A DNA stretch of 64,000 bases from Amoebidium appalachense (GCA_963693365.1 CAVNZM010000004.1:5768564-5832563); one strand, 5' to 3'. Positions 1-21,396 are shown, counted from the first letter of the stretch. Notes: generated from the sequence alone by a model not told the origin. Made by a program: numbers and translations.

Positions 1-2151
1 ACCCATGGGGTCAGCACCGCCGGCCCACCGCCATGCCCCGCCTTTGTCGGCCCTGACCGGCAGCTGCTAACCTGAGGGGCCAGGCTGCAGGCAGCCTGGG
101 CCTCAAAGTCGGTGGGGTCCAGGGGCACGGTGAAGATTTCAGCATAGGCCGCTATCATGGTCTCCACCACCTGCAGCCCGCCCCCTCAGTGCACGCCCCA
201 GCCACCAGCAGGGGCCCAGGCCAGCACCGCACCTTCCGCTGGGGGCCCATGGCAGCCATCATGTAGTCCGGGTCCTCGTTGCTGGCCGCAAACAGCGACG
301 GTGCAAACACAATCGCAAGGTTGTCTGCCTGCAGTGCCCCAAGGTTTAACCACCCAGCCATGCGTGACCGGTTGTGCGTGCAGGCCTAACATGTGCCTCC
401 CGTAATTATGGTCCCTTCGCACTGATTAAAACCCCCTCGACCCAAACTCGAAAGCCAACTTTTTGCTCTATCGTAAGGCCAACTGTTTGTTAGCGACACC
501 CAAACGCAAAGAATTGGATTCGGATATCTGTAATTCTTGATATAAGAACATTTGCCACCAGATGCCGGCCGTTTTCACGTCTGGACAGCCATTCAATCCT
601 CAAAATGGTCTGGTTTTAAAAACAAACTATAAATTAACATAGGATGGATGTTAGCTATGGGACGTCAATGTCAGTTCGATCGATTCTAGTCGCGCTTTCA
701 GTGTGTCTTGTCGTGCAAGGTAATGGTGTTAAGCGCATACCACAACAAGGACACCGCCCTGAGAACCAAAGCAGGCTGCAGGTGAGTCCCTACCTTTGCC
801 ACACACCCACGGACACCACACGCTTGGGGCAGGCACGCACCGTCATCTTGTTTGTGTCTGCGGCCGCAGCCACCGTGCTCAGGTGCTGCATCAGGGCTGC
901 CAGAGTGGCAAAGGCGCGCTCCTGCAGTTGGTATTGCGCCAGGTAGGCCACCGTACGCACCCGCAGCCTGTCGTCAGCTATCTGCCCGGCCCGGGTGAAG
1001 GCGTCGCTGACGGAGCCCAAAATGCCGTCGGGCAGGTCACGGAAGTACTGCTTGAGGCACGAGCTGGCCCGCCCCGTGTGGGCCCCCGCACCTGGGCGCA
1101 GGGGGGCAAGGGGGGGGTGGCGTACCTGACGCAGTGGATGTCGTCCCACTTGCTGTCGGCTAGGTCCACGGCGCTGTCGTCCTGGTCAAACTCCACCCGC
1201 AGTGCCTGCCCCCCCACCCCTCAGCCCCGGCCCAGGCCCCCCTCAGGCGTCCTCGGGTGCCTGCCTCGCTGGCTATCTTGGAGCCGGCCTGGCGGTAGAT
1301 GCCGACCTCGTCCACGCCCCGGCGGGCCACCTCGGCTATGCACTTGGCCACCACCAGTGGCACGGTCTGCTGCGCCGGCCGGTCACGGAAGTAGCTGCCC
1401 AGCGGCGTGCCAAATGACCTGTTGTGGCCCCGCCCGCCCGCCTGCCTGGCCCTCAACCCGGGCCCCGTGCAGCCTGCGCCCTGGGGGGCATGCACCTACC
1501 TGGCCAAACCAGCCCAGCCGCCGTCCTCGCAGCCGCTTGTCCGCCCCGGCAGCGTCGATGCCAGCAGGCCCCTTGGCCTCGTCCCTGGCTGCTGTGCAGC
1601 GTTGCTAAGCCCCGGGTGCAAGAGGGACATCAGCAACCTGCACAGCGGAGGGGGGGGGGGAGGGGGGGAGGGCCGGGAAGTTACCGGGGGAGTCTGCAGG
1701 CAGAAGGCCTCGACCGTGCGGCAAAACTGCGCCACGTCCTCCTCTGTGTCGACCTCAAACCGCCACTCACAGCTGCACCCTCCCCGACCGGTCAGCCCCA
1801 TCCCCACCCCTCAACCCCCTCACGGTCAGGCTGCTGGCACGCACCTGTCCGAGCGCAAGCAGAACGTCTTGCGTGCAGCCCGGGGCAGCTCCAGGTAGCA
1901 CTCCCGCAGTGAGATGCGCACGGGTGGCGGGGCACGGGTCATGTCTGGAGTGCGATAGAGGAACAGGCCGTAGCCGCGCACGGCAGCAAAGTACGTGCGG
2001 GGCTTTTGGGCGCGGGGCTGGGCCACGGGCCCACCAAGGCGGCGCACCATGGCGGCATAGCGCACGTCCAGGCCCAGCTGGCTGGCCACCCCGTCGGCGC
2101 TGCTGTACTCTACCTCCTCTGCTGCCCCCGTCAGCACTGTCCCAGCACCCC

Positions 2152-2198
<47 letters not shown>

Positions 2199-2266
2199 AC
2201 ACACACACAGCCCACCTTCACAGCCACTCATGGTTGTCCACTCGGCTGGTCCCCCCGGTGGTGTCT
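1..2266 (-). CDS. PH-domain + RhoGAP protein, multi-exon; both ends uncertain (3' end probably runs off the window start)
   Basis: Spliced translation gives a PH-like segment (RTYFAAVRGYGLFLY...ISLRECYL...KTFCLRSDR/CEWRFEVDTEEDVAQF). A RhoGAP domain follows: FGTPL...VPLVVAKCIAEVARRGVDEVGIYRQAG (arginine finger)...WDDIHCVSSCLKQYFRDLPD...HLSTVAAAADTNKMT/ADNLAIVFAPSL...VVETMI. About 8 introns, one with a GC donor at 1264. Confidence 0.9.
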
Positions 2267-2983
2267 GCACCCAGCAGCCCTGTGGGTACGCAAAGAGGGC
2301 CGTGGCACTGGCACCTGGCCGTATCCCTGTGTCGTCCCGGTGTGTATCTGTGTCTATCCCCGTATCTATCCCAGTGTATCCCTACCTGGATCCCCGCGTG
2401 TGCCCCTACGTGAGTTCCCGTGTCTTATGTGTATACCTGTGCATTCCCTTCTTTCTAATTCCTGTGTCCCATTCGTATTCCTATGCATGTGGATTACTTT
2501 GTGCTGTGAATTCCTGTGCATACCCCTAAGTCTCGTGCGTATACTTATTTTCTCCCTGTAGCCAACGAGTGTTCCTTTATACCTATGTGTATCCCTATGT
2601 CCTGTTTATAATTCTATCTTTATCCCCATGTACTGAATGTATAACATGCTTCTATCCCATTCTTGTGTGTGCCCTTGCTTGTCTGTCATACTTAGTGTAA
2701 CCCTTTGTCCTATATACATACTATGTGTATTTATTGTCCGTTGCCTCTAGGTCCAGGCAACCTTGTGGGCCTTCCTGTGGCTTCCCTATCCAAAAAAAAA
2801 TAAAAGTCCCCGTTCCTGCATATCCCTGTGTTCCCTGCATATCCTACATGTATGCCTGCCGTTGTGTATGGATGTCACTGATGTGGGGTGCTTTGTTTCA
2901 GACCCCACCGATGCGTATCCAGCCAATCAATGCGCTGCAATGTGACGTCATCCCTTGCCACATTGAAAACGGGTGTCAGCTAG

Positions 2984-3146
2984 CAATCACCGTGTAGGAT
3001 AAAAGTAACTACAATCACCATGCAAGAAAACTGTAACTACAACCACCGTGCAAGAAAAGTGCAATTACAATCACCGTGCAGGATAAAAGTAACTACAATC
3101 ACCGTGCAAGAAAACTGTAACTACAATCACCGTGCAAGCTAAGTGC
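2984..3146. repeat. Minisatellite, ~27-28 bp unit (CAATCACCGTGCAAGAAAACTGTAACTA), ~6 diverged copies
   Basis: caatcaccgtg recurs at regular spacing. Confidence 0.85.
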
Positions 3147-3398
3147 AACTAATTACCTTGTATGCACCTGAAAGGTAGCTGGCCATAATAAGGCTCAACT
3201 GCGAGAGAATCCAGACAGATCGGCACAGCCCCAGACACCCAGCAACGTCCGGGAAACTGCTACCGTGTGAGCTACTCCTGCTCATATTTTGCACCGGGCC
3301 CGTTGTCAACCTCGTAGTTTTTCCTACGGCGGCTGGCAGGACTTACGGGAACGGGAAGGGGGTTTCCGGACTTTGCAGAGAGCACACTTGCACTCAGC

Positions 3399-4137
<739 letters not shown>

Positions 4138-4419
4138 TAAACTGGTTCAGGGGTCTCTTTAGATGTGCGTGGCCACTGGTGGCGTGGCAGAGGGGGGGTG
4201 AGGGTGCAATAAGCCCTGGGTTAAGGAGGTAGAGCAGTGTCCTGGGGGTTGGTTTGAAATTTGCTCTTTCTCGGAGCCTCGACCTCTCTGCCCTACCCTC
4301 AATGCCCTCTATGGCACGTGTGATAATAATGTATGTTGAAAAGTACTTCCCCCCCCTCCCCTCTCCCCTCGCATCTCCCTGAAGGAAAAGGGAAAAGAAA
4401 AGAAATAAAAGACGTTTGA

Positions 4420-4566
4420 ACTACCTACTTCCAGTTTAAGTGAATTCATCACCCCCATAGCAAATATTTGTGCACACAGGCCAACTGCAGTTGTGTGATT
4501 CTGCACACAAACCAAACCTGGTAATACATCTATACACCAGCCATGTGTGTGTGCGTGTGTGTGTGT

Positions 4567-4638
<72 letters not shown>

Positions 4639-4815
4639 ACGTGTATTAGTGTGTGTGTGTGTGTTTGGGCGGTTGGGGATGTGGGTGTGGGGGGTTGGGG
4701 GATGTGGGTGTGGGGTGTGTGGGCGTCTTTCTTATTTTTTGGGTGTGTGGGTTGGAGGGGTGGACGGGGGGGTTATAGTGTAGGTGGGTGGGTGGGGGAG
4801 GGGGGGGGCGGCTTG

Positions 4816-4850
<35 letters not shown>

Positions 4851-6225
4851 TGTTTGTGGCAAACAGAGATTCCGATGTGGTGCGTACATGGAAGGGTTGT
4901 ATCCAACTGGATTGTTCTTGCTGTACGTGGCTTTTACAGTGGCTTTGTTGGATATGGTGAACAGGTGTTAGGGATGTGATGGCAATACGCCTGGAAACGA
5001 GATATGGTGTGTGAAATTGCGCGCACCGGGAAAGTGGGTGGGTGGAAGGTGGTGGTGTGTGTGTGTTGGGGGGGGGGGGGGGGGGGGGAAGGGGGAGGAT
5101 GGCAGCGCTGTGGGGCTTGCACAGCACCATCCGATAACGGCAGGAATGAGTCCGCCCCTGCCTCTCCATGTCTCCACTGTCTCTGCTCAGCACAGGCCAA
5201 GGTGCGGTGTGGGCCACATGTTGACTGCCGGGCAGCCATGCATGGCCAAGACCAGCTGGGCCACCCGTGTCCTCGGCACAAGTTGCCGCAAGAGCACTGC
5301 ACTCGATGCATTATGTGCCCACACCACATGGCCACCCAGGGTGTTAGCATTTGCACTCGATGCATTATGTGCCCACATTACATGGCCATCCAGGGTGTTA
5401 GCACTTGTGCAAGATCATATGATATATAGTAGAAGATGGTGGCGGTGGAAATCATGGCGAGGTATCATTGCAGTGCACAAGCTGACGTTTCGCTCATTTT
5501 GACATGTAACTCATAAGTGACCTGTTGTTATTATAATTTTTCTTATGTTGGCTCGGGATCATTGCACTTTCAATGGCCGCTCCCTCGGGTCAATCCAGTG
5601 ACGCGACATGGCCTGATGGATATGTATGTATACAGGTCATTCACCACCTGCCATTGGCTAGAACCAAGACCAAAACGGACAACACCATTCACACAACTAC
5701 AAACAAAGAAGCGAACCAAGACAAGTTAAAAAAACAAAAACAAAAACAAAACAAAAGTTGCAGCGATCTATCAATGGGCCTTGCAGCCACTCTGAAACAG
5801 TCACACCATGTTTGTTTACCGCCTGTAGAGGCAGGCGACATTGATGTCTTGTTAGTCTGCGCCGGCACTCTTGGACGGAAATACCCTGGTCACGGCTGAG
5901 CATAACCCCACTAATTACTGACCGCTGAACCATGTCGCAGTGTATGTACTTGCTCTCCAGAGGTCGATCTTTGCTTGCTGAAACAACACCCGTCAACCAA
6001 GGTGGCATATATGGGTTGGTTGGCTGTCAACCACTGTGGCCCATATGAGTTGGTTGGCCGGTGCCGTAGCCTGGGATTCATCAGTCAGGTCTTTCAACTG
6101 CCATCTGACACATGGCTGAAACTGTCGCTCTCAAGCTGGGGGCCTTTGTCTCAAACACCGATCACATTCGATGTTTCTTCACGCCACCAAATTGACTGGA
6201 CTGCTTAAAATGATTACCGTACATA

Positions 6226-6258
<33 letters not shown>

Positions 6259-6406
6259 GGGGGGGGGGGGGAGGGGGGGGGGAGGGGGGATCACCTATCA
6301 CCTATAGCCAATATGGTGCCCGTCCAGGCACAAGATCTTCCGCCAACAACATGCTGTTGGCGCAGATTGCTGCCAGGCCCGGGCATTCTCAGCATGATGC
6401 TTTATA

Positions 6407-6437
<31 letters not shown>

Positions 6438-7170
6438 TCCCCCCCCTCCCACCTCCCAGCTGGCAGGTCATTCTGTGCTAGTTGCTTGGTCTGGGGACCA
6501 CAGTACCTGTGCTGTTAGATACCCTGTAGGCTCTGCTAGTAATGGCTGCATTTACACACTGATTACACACCCATATGGCTGCATCTAGATCTACACACTG
6601 ATTACACACCCATATGGCTGCATCTAGATCTACACACTGATTGCACACCCATATGGCTGCATCTAGATCTACACACTGATTACGCACCCATATGGCTGCA
6701 TCTAGATCTACACACTGATTACGCACCCATATGGCTGCATCTAGATCTACACACTGATTTGCTATCTGAAATGGCCCGGCGGCATCTGAAATGGGTCCCG
6801 GGCCCACCATCTGGGCACTGCAAATGGTCTTACCATGGTTGGGCCTACGCACCAATCTCACAGGACTGGGCATGCCAGCCCCCAGCTCCACGCACAGACC
6901 CACCCAGGCCGTGTGGCTGTGTGTCGGCTACCCACAGACCTGGCATGGCACGGGGTGGCCATGAGTGCCCACAGGCCCTTCCAGCGCACTGCTTGCACAG
7001 ACACGGCCCACTGCCACAGCCTGACAAGATGCCATGCCTCGTATGCCATTGCAGATCACTTCACCGCCTGGCCGCCAGAGCCAATGAGGGTGGGACACGG
7101 TGCGGCCTACACGTGCACTGCCCCCCCATCGGGCCTCAGTGTGTCTGCACGGGGCTCCTTTGAACCGCCT
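4420..7170 (+). mobile_element. Highly degenerate LINE ORF2 relic A (RT, thumb, C-terminal region), interrupted by microsatellites and a minisatellite
   Basis: Eroded motifs occur in LINE ORF2 order across frames: LWQ...HGRVVSNWIVLAVRGFYSGFVG (~4855-4955), VGLAQ..AGMSPPLPLHV (~5110-5170; QG.PLSP-like), RSLLAETTPVNQGGIYGLVGCQPLWP then RSLGFISQVFQLPSDTWLK (~5960-6120; thumb), HCLHRHGPLPQPDKMPCLVC (~6990-7045). Recognised by eye only. Confidence 0.45.
6541..6758. repeat. Minisatellite, 39-bp unit (ATGGCTGCATCTAGATCTACACACTGATTACACACCCAT), ~5.5 copies
   Basis: Near-identical tandem copies read directly. Confidence 0.95.
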
Positions 7171-7616
7171 TGAGTTGCACCATCCAGCCCCATGTGTGTG
7201 TCCGGCCAGAGCGCATGTGCATGTACTGGGAATATGTGGCACTCGTGGCTGGATGCCAGCGCACGTTGGTGCTGTAGGTCTCAGCAACTCAATAACAACC
7301 CCGTGTGTACGTGGACACTGCACCTGCACCAGTGAATGCTCGTAATTGGCTGTGCGCATGCACAGGCATATGCAAGTGTGCTCGTGCATGGCTGTGTATG
7401 TGCATTCGTGCTCGCGTGTGAGGCTAGTGGCCGGCCGCTGTATTCAGTGTAGGGGCCTGTGTGTGGCCGGGGCCCGGCATCACGTGACCACCGTGACCGA
7501 TTCGGTGGGCATCCTGCATCGTGCCGGGCATGCCCCGGCCACGACTTTACGAGCCATGGGCCATTGGAGCCAGCCACATGTGCACTGGTGCGTGTGGTGC
7601 AGATGTGGCCCATGTC

Positions 7617-8560
7617 GTGCACACGTGATTTGCAGGCACCAAACTTATCAGATATCTTGCACACGTGATTTGCAGGCACCAGATTTATCAGATATCTTGC
7701 ACAAGAGATTTGCAGGCACCAGACTTATCAGATATCTTGCACACGTAATTTGCAGGCAGATTTATCAGATATCTTGCACACGTGATTTGCAGGCACCAGA
7801 CTTATCAGATATCTTGCACACGTGATTTGCAGGCACCAGACTTATCAGATATCTTGCACACGTGATTTGCAGGCACCAGACTTATCAGATATCTTGCACA
7901 CGTGATTTGCAGGCACCAGACTTATCAGATATCTTGCACCACGTGATTTGCAGGCACCAGACTTATCAGATATCTTGCACACGTGATTTGCAGGCACCAG
8001 ATTTATCAGATTTCTTGTACACGTGATTTGCAGGCACCAGACTTATCAGATATCTTGTACACGTGATTTGCAGGCACCAGACTTATCAGATATCTTGTAC
8101 ACGTGATTCGCAGGCACCAGACTTATCAGATATCTTGCACACGTGATTCGCAGGCACCAGATTTATCAGATATCTTGCACACGTGATTTGCAGGCACCAG
8201 ATTTATCAGATATCTTGTACACGTGATTCGCAGGCACCAGACTTATCAGATATCTTGCACACGTGATTCGCAGGCACCAGATTTATCAGATATCTTGCAC
8301 ACGTGATTTGCAGGTATCTTGCACACGAAACTCGCAGGCACCAGACTTATCAGATATGTTGAACACGTGATTTGCAGGCACCAGACTTATCAGATATCTT
8401 GAACACGTGATTTGCAGGCACCAGTTTTATCAGATATCTTGCACACGTGATTTGCAGGCACCAGATTTATCAGATATCTTGCACACGAAATTTGCAGGCA
8501 CCAGACTTATCCGATGCACACGTGATTTGCAGGCACCAGATTTATCCGATATCTTGCATA
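7617..8560. repeat. Minisatellite, 40-bp unit (CACGTGATTTGCAGGCACCAGACTTATCAGATATCTTGCA), ~23 copies
   Basis: Head-to-tail copies with a few SNP variants and no unique spacers. Confidence 0.97.
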
Positions 8561-8569
8561 CGAAATCAT

Positions 8570-8818
8570 CAGTCCCCAGATACATCGTATATCTTGCAAC
8601 ATATCAGCGTGCTATGCAGCCACATGGTGCATATATATCCGCTATTGTGCGCACCTAATCTGTAGTCACCAAATACATCATAATATCTCTTGCAACGTAA
8701 TACACAGCCACATGGTGCATATATATCCGATGTTGTGCGCACCTAATCTGCAGTCACCAAATACATCATAATATCTCTTGCAACGTAATACACAGCCACA
8801 TGGTGCATATATATCCGA
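8570..8818. repeat. Tandem repeat, 88-bp unit, ~2.8 copies
   Basis: cagccacatggtgcatatatatccg recurs at 8617, 8705 and 8793. Confidence 0.9.
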
Positions 8819-8859
8819 CATGTGCACGCGTGTGCCGTAGCCCCATGGTGTACCCATGT

Positions 8860-15663
<6,804 letters not shown>

Positions 15664-16220
15664 TGTATGCGTACGTGCTACACTATTGTGTTCGTGCGTG
15701 CGTGCCACATGTACGTGCGTGTGTGCCACCGTGAACACGGTATGCCCTTGGCAGACAGCTCAAACAGAGAAGAGGCTCACAGTGCTCACTGTGAGGGCGG
15801 CTCACAGCGGCATGACCTTTGGCCAATCAGCAGCCGGGGATGTTCGGGTTTGCATTCCATAGATCTGATTGATCCTCAAGGAGCCACGTGTGGGTGCCAC
15901 CAGCCTAATGTGCATTTCTATTTATACAGGCTTAGTAGAGTTAAGAGAATACTATTTGTTTCTATTCGTAATATTTTATTTTCCCGTAGTATTCCTCGGT
16001 GTTATATGAGTAGAGTGTTTATGATTAGCTGCCGCTGGTACATACTGGGCCCCGGCTGTGCTGTACGCACTGGTTGAAGCGCCAAAGCCTGAGCGGCCAG
16101 CTGCCGGATCGATGCACCTCCGCGGCCGTGACGTGCGCGGTGTGAATCGGACAGGCTCCCCGGCTGGTGCACGTGTACCCCCCCCCCCCCCCCCCCCACC
16201 CCCCTCCCCCTCCCCCTCCC

Positions 16221-16268
<48 letters not shown>

Positions 16269-16519
16269 AAAGGCCACACATGGCATAGATAGCCACGTAC
16301 CCTTCGGCCTGCAGGGTAGCACTCATGAACGCAGCATGATCACGCAGCACGGCTCAGGCCAGACACCATCGCCCGGCGGCCTGCCACATATGACGCGGAT
16401 CCCCCTTCCCCAGCCTGTGGCCGCTCCGGTGAGTGACCCCTGGCAGGCTGGCCTGGCCGCCACCCACATATATATGCATGGATGCACTGCATAGCTCCGC
16501 GCACCCAGGGGCCTCACTC

Positions 16520-17045
16520 ATAGTATCTAGCTAATATATGAAAAAGGCTCTATTTTAGCTACTACTACACACAGTGACTAAACGGTGATATAAATAAGGG
16601 ATCACTATACATATTAGCTACACACTAAGTGTGATTTAGAAGGGCTATCCTTCTTCTACACATAGGGATCAGTCTTAGTACATTATGTACATGGCTGATA
16701 CTAATATAATAGCCCTCCTAAATCACTTCTACATATATATGTAACTAATAGCCCTTCTTCTAGATCTTCTTATAATTATCTCTAGTACTCTCAGTATCAT
16801 CTCATATATAGCCCTTAAGCTTCCAGTGTTCTAAATCACACCTAGCTATGTAGATAATATAGCACTTCTAAATCACTCTTACTTATGTAACTATCATAAT
16901 ATGCCCTTCTAAATCACTCTTAGTATGTAGCTAATAATACCCTTCTCGATCATTCTTAGTAGTATGTTACTGTAGCTACATAATATATGCCCTTTTAAAT
17001 AATTTTAGTGTGTTACTGTAGGTAATATGCCCTCCTAAATCAGTG
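16520..17045. repeat. Degenerate AT-rich minisatellite (~35-40 bp, core CCTTCTAAATCACTCTTAGTATGTAGCTAATA)
   Basis: ccttctaaatcact and taatatagccc motifs recur, heavily diverged. Confidence 0.7.
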
Positions 17046-19410
17046 CTTTTGAGCACTCTCAGGCTCGAAAGAAACCAGGGCGACCGCAGCTGGCACTTGC
17101 GCATGCACTGAGGCCGGATTCCGGATCCTTTCTGCAGGTGTATGCTTATCATCCCAGGCCCTTGCCCATCTATCTACCTTTATTATATTATATATACTTG
17201 CAAGTAGGGCCTAATTAGTAATACGTAACTCCGACCCTATCTACCTTTATTATCCACAGGCTACCTACGAGTAGGGCCTACTATTTATATTATGTATATA
17301 GTACGTGCAATGTGTACCTTAGCTGTACATAGGTGGCTATGGCCACACAAGCAGCTGTGCTCTGGTAGCTATATACATATAGGCTAGCTGTCCAGGGGGA
17401 TCGACATCTTCAGGACAGTCAACGTACGTCTTGGCGACAGTCAGTGAGGCATTTACCAGAGGCTATGACGGGTGCTACTAGTACAGCTGTACATGTGGCG
17501 TACGCGTGAGTGGTCATGGCGTGATCATGAGCAGTCGGCCTCTACGAAGGGAGCCCCTACGTGACCAAGAGGGTTCACCCGTAAGTTGCATGTATTGATT
17601 AGATTCATACACATCCGCGGTAACCGTTGTGGGTGACCCCTCCAAGCCTCCGCACTAGTGCTGTGATTCCAAGCACAGTGTATGTATTTTCTAGACCAAT
17701 TTTATTGTGTGTGTGTGTTGGGGGGGGGGGGGGGGGGGGGAGTAGTGCTAAGGGAGTGAGTGAGGGGGGGAGGTATTCGATGTCGGTGTCACTGCTGCAG
17801 AATTCCCCACCACCATCGCTACGGGTAGCGCCGCCACCACCCCCAATTATTGGCCATGGGGGCGTCAATATGCCCGCACAGCCAGTGTAGCCTACCGTAC
17901 CCACTCTGCTACCCCCCCTCCCCCCTCCCCCCCCCACCTACGGGGAGTCTGGCTATTTTACCATTGCCGTACTTGGGCAACGCTTGTTCACTTGGTATGC
18001 ATTGCCAGAGGTACATGTATTATCGAGTTTGTTTTCAGATCCACTGTGCTCTAAATACTGCATGATTGCCGGCTTCGGGTCTAATACGGTTGCGTTCCAA
18101 GCCACATGCATGCATGTCCTCAAAGCGCTATTCAGGCTGTTATTTATAGTGGCCGATGCCCCACAAGCAGCCCAGTGCCACGGTGGCCTTTTGCGCTCTC
18201 TGAGGACCTAGCATGCACATACTGATTGACTGTAGCCTACAGCATTTATAATTCTACCTGACTAGTGTAGGCATATGCATGTATACTAGTTCTACCTGAC
18301 TAGTGTAGACATATGCATGTGTAGCCTAGTCTACTTATTTCTTGTAGACATATGCACGTGCAGGTTATAGTATTGAGACATATGCATGTATAGGTTCTAA
18401 TTATTTCTTGTAGACGATATCATATGCATGTATAAGCTATAACGATTTATTGTAGACATATGCTTGTATAGGTTTTAACGATTTCTTTAGACATATGCAT
18501 GTATAGGCTCTAAGGGTAGTGTAGAGATGTGTATGCATGTATAGATTCTAGTCTAACGGTATATGGTATACACATTCACACATAGGTTCTACGATTCAAT
18601 CAGTGTACACATGCACGCTATAGGTTATCGTGATCTATTTTAGACACATGCACTCAGGTTCTAGTCTGATGATTTATTGTACACACATGTATGTAGAAAT
18701 ATAAGGTTTTCTTGTATACACATAATGGGCACAACCGCCTAGGATTTCAAAAACGTGCTTCAGCAATGCACGTGCTTGGCAGTGTTCTATAGAATTAGCC
18801 ACCGATATCCAAATTGCAGTCCGACGGCAATCCCCCCCCCCCCCACACACACACACCTGGGGTGCTTTCGAGAGCCAGGGGCATTGATAGCACATGATGG
18901 CTGTGGCCACCTGCTGTCATGTATAGCCCGGCATGGCCCGATCACATACCGTCGTGGTCTCAAAGGTGCCAGGGGGTCCTTGGGACTGTGCTGTGATGGG
19001 CCGTTGCATTGGGCCAGGGCCAGCGGCGCAGGTGGTGGAGGCCATCTGATTGGGTCTGGCCTACTGGGCCCAACACCGGGGCCGGGCCCCACCACATCTT
19101 CCGCCGTTTGACCGTCTGCAATTACTTGCCGTGCCGAAACCATGTCAGGGCGGAGCCCCACTAGCGGTCCTAGTGCACAGCCTTGCAGCACAAGACCCTG
19201 ACGTGGCCATGCTAGGTGCATGTGGGTTGCTGCGGCTGCTATGTTCGTAGATCTAGAGTGCAGTGCTCTGCAGTTCCAAGGAGGTGTTGTCCTCAGCGTG
19301 TCTTTATTGGTACTCCCCTTCCACTCATGGACAGCCCCTCTAAGGCCGGTGCTTGTGCCAATCACGAGCAGGATTGGGGGAAGGCGTGCGATGGGGTGGT
19401 GTGGGTAGGG
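17045..19410 (+). mobile_element. Highly degenerate LINE ORF2 relic B
   Basis: Motif-like stretches in order: GRIPDPFCRCMLIIP (~17110), VNVRLG/VSEAFTRGY.GC (~17420-17475), HVLKALFRLLFIVADAPQAAQCHGGLLR (~18115-18195; thumb-like), MFVDLECSAL (~19240; zinc-knuckle tail-like). Many stops and frameshifts. Confidence 0.35.
18240..18690. repeat. Degenerate minisatellite, core TAGACATATGCATGTATAGGTTCTA
   Basis: About ten diverged copies of gacatatgcatgtata. Confidence 0.8.
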
Positions 19411-20008
19411 TGAGGGTAAATTTCGACGGTGCATAACCACAAGCATATGTACACCGGTGTGCATATGTGTGTATGCAGGGTGCCACAGTTTACATAACAC
19501 TTTTGATAGTGCAAAGGGAAGGGGGGAAGCGGGAAGGGGGTGGGGGGGGGGGGGAGGGGGGGGGAGAAGAAGGGAAATGCAAACCCTGCAACCATGTGTG
19601 TAAGAGGGGAGCAGGGGGCAGGGGGCGAGTTTCAACAATGGTGCATGTGTGTGTGTGCGCGCGGGTGTGTGTGCATGTGCATGTGTGTGTGTGTGTGTGG
19701 TTGTGTAAGCATGTGTGTGTGTTTGTGTGTGTATGTCTTTTTGTGTGTGTGTACGTGTGTGTGTTTGTGTGTGTGTGCCGCACATTTTAATAGGGCCATG
19801 GCCCAAAGGAACACCATAAACCATGATACAGATCATCCGGTATAGCCAGCAACCCCCCCCCCCTCTCCCCCCCCCCACACACAGACACACAATTTTGGTC
19901 GTGTGCCTGCCAGCAGTGTGCTGTGACACAGCATCCTGCAGCCAGCCAGGCGGCAGGGCACATGGCTGCCACCACGGTGGGCCAGTGCCCTGTGATGTGG
20001 GCACAGGA

Positions 20009-20126
20009 CACGGCACATGGTGCACAATGATTGGCCAGGCCAAGAGCACGGCACATGGTGCACAATGATTGGCCAGGCCAAGAGCACGGCACATGGTGCA
20101 CAATGATTGGCCAGGCCAGGGCACGG
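20009..20126. repeat. Tandem repeat, 38-bp unit (CACGGCACATGGTGCACAATGATTGGCCAGGCCAAGAG), 3 copies
   Basis: Read directly. Confidence 0.9.
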
Positions 20127-20641
20127 CCATCGGTCTGGCTCCACATGTGGAGGGGTGGGGTGCTTGGCCGTGTTTGCCCATGCAGGCCCAGATATGCATC
20201 CCCCCGGGGAGGACGAGGCATGATGCGCAATACCCGGGTGCCGAGTCAATCAGATGCATATGATAGTTTGGCTTCAGTTCGGGCCTGCCCGGGGCAGGGG
20301 GCAGAGGGGCTTGGGGTGGGGGGGGGGAGGTACACAAATACAGCTTCTTGCATATGTGGAGTCCCGTGTAGCATGGATGTGTGAGAGTGGGTTTCGTCTC
20401 TCTTCAGGCCTTTTGGCTCATGAAATGAATAAGGGAAAGGGACTAGATGAACGAATAAGAGTGCCGAAGCACTGACCTGGCCCTGTGGTCGACCGAGCTG
20501 CAAGGAGCATGCCCCGCCAACCACCCACCGGGTATGCATGTGTGTATTGCTCGCCAGGGTCCACGCAAACAAGCGGATGAACCAGCACCACATTCCAGTG
20601 TGCCGTGGCCCCCCGGCCAGGCCCAATCCACCCGTGCAGCA

Positions 20642-21396
20642 TCAGAACAGGGCCGTGAGGCGGCGCAGCTGGGCCGTGAGGGCGTCTGCGCGTGTGCGCA
20701 CAGTGGCATCGACGTCGCTGTGCAGCCGGCCCAGCAGGGCCAGCAGCTGCTGCTGCTGCATGCTGCCCACCAGCCCCGCACCCCCTGCACGTGCCCCGCC
20801 TCAGCACCCACCACCTTCCACCCCCCTGGGGCCGGCGGCCAGGCACCATCCTGCAGGCCTTGCAGCAGGGCCGCCACCACGTCCAGCACTGCCAGCCGCA
20901 CCGCTGTGTACGCCGTGCCCTCCCCGGCCTGCTGCAGCGCCCCCACCAGCGGCCCCACCACCGTGCCCGGCCCTGCAGCCCCAGCCGGTGCTCAGCACGG
21001 CAGCCCACCGGCCCAGGCACCCAGGGGAGGCCTAGGCCCTTTGATGGCTGGCAGCCAGCAAGGTGGCCTGCCGGCACGGCACGCACCTAGCTGGGGGGTG
21101 TGGGCCACAAATAGGCGCAGGGCACCCAGGGCAGCCACCTGCACGGGCCACTCCACGTGCGCCACGCCCTGCAGCAGCAGCCCCAAATGTGTGTCCACAT
21201 GGCCCCCTGCTGCCCCCGTCAGCACCTGCTGAGCCACCCCACAGGTGGCCACAGCTTCAAGGGCGGAGTGGGACACGTGCGTTGTGCCTGAGTGTCTGCA
21301 GGCCAGGCCCGGCCCAGCGCTGTGTATGCAGCCTGCTGTACCTTGGCCACCAGCGGTCGTGCTTTTGCCCTGCACCCACGTAGTGTAAGCACACTC

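Noticed and set aside
7617-8560. CRISPR-like array (regular 40-bp periodicity)
   Set aside because: Units are head-to-tail with no unique spacers, there are no cas genes, and the context is eukaryotic. The same applies to the 29-, 39-, 61- and 71-bp arrays.
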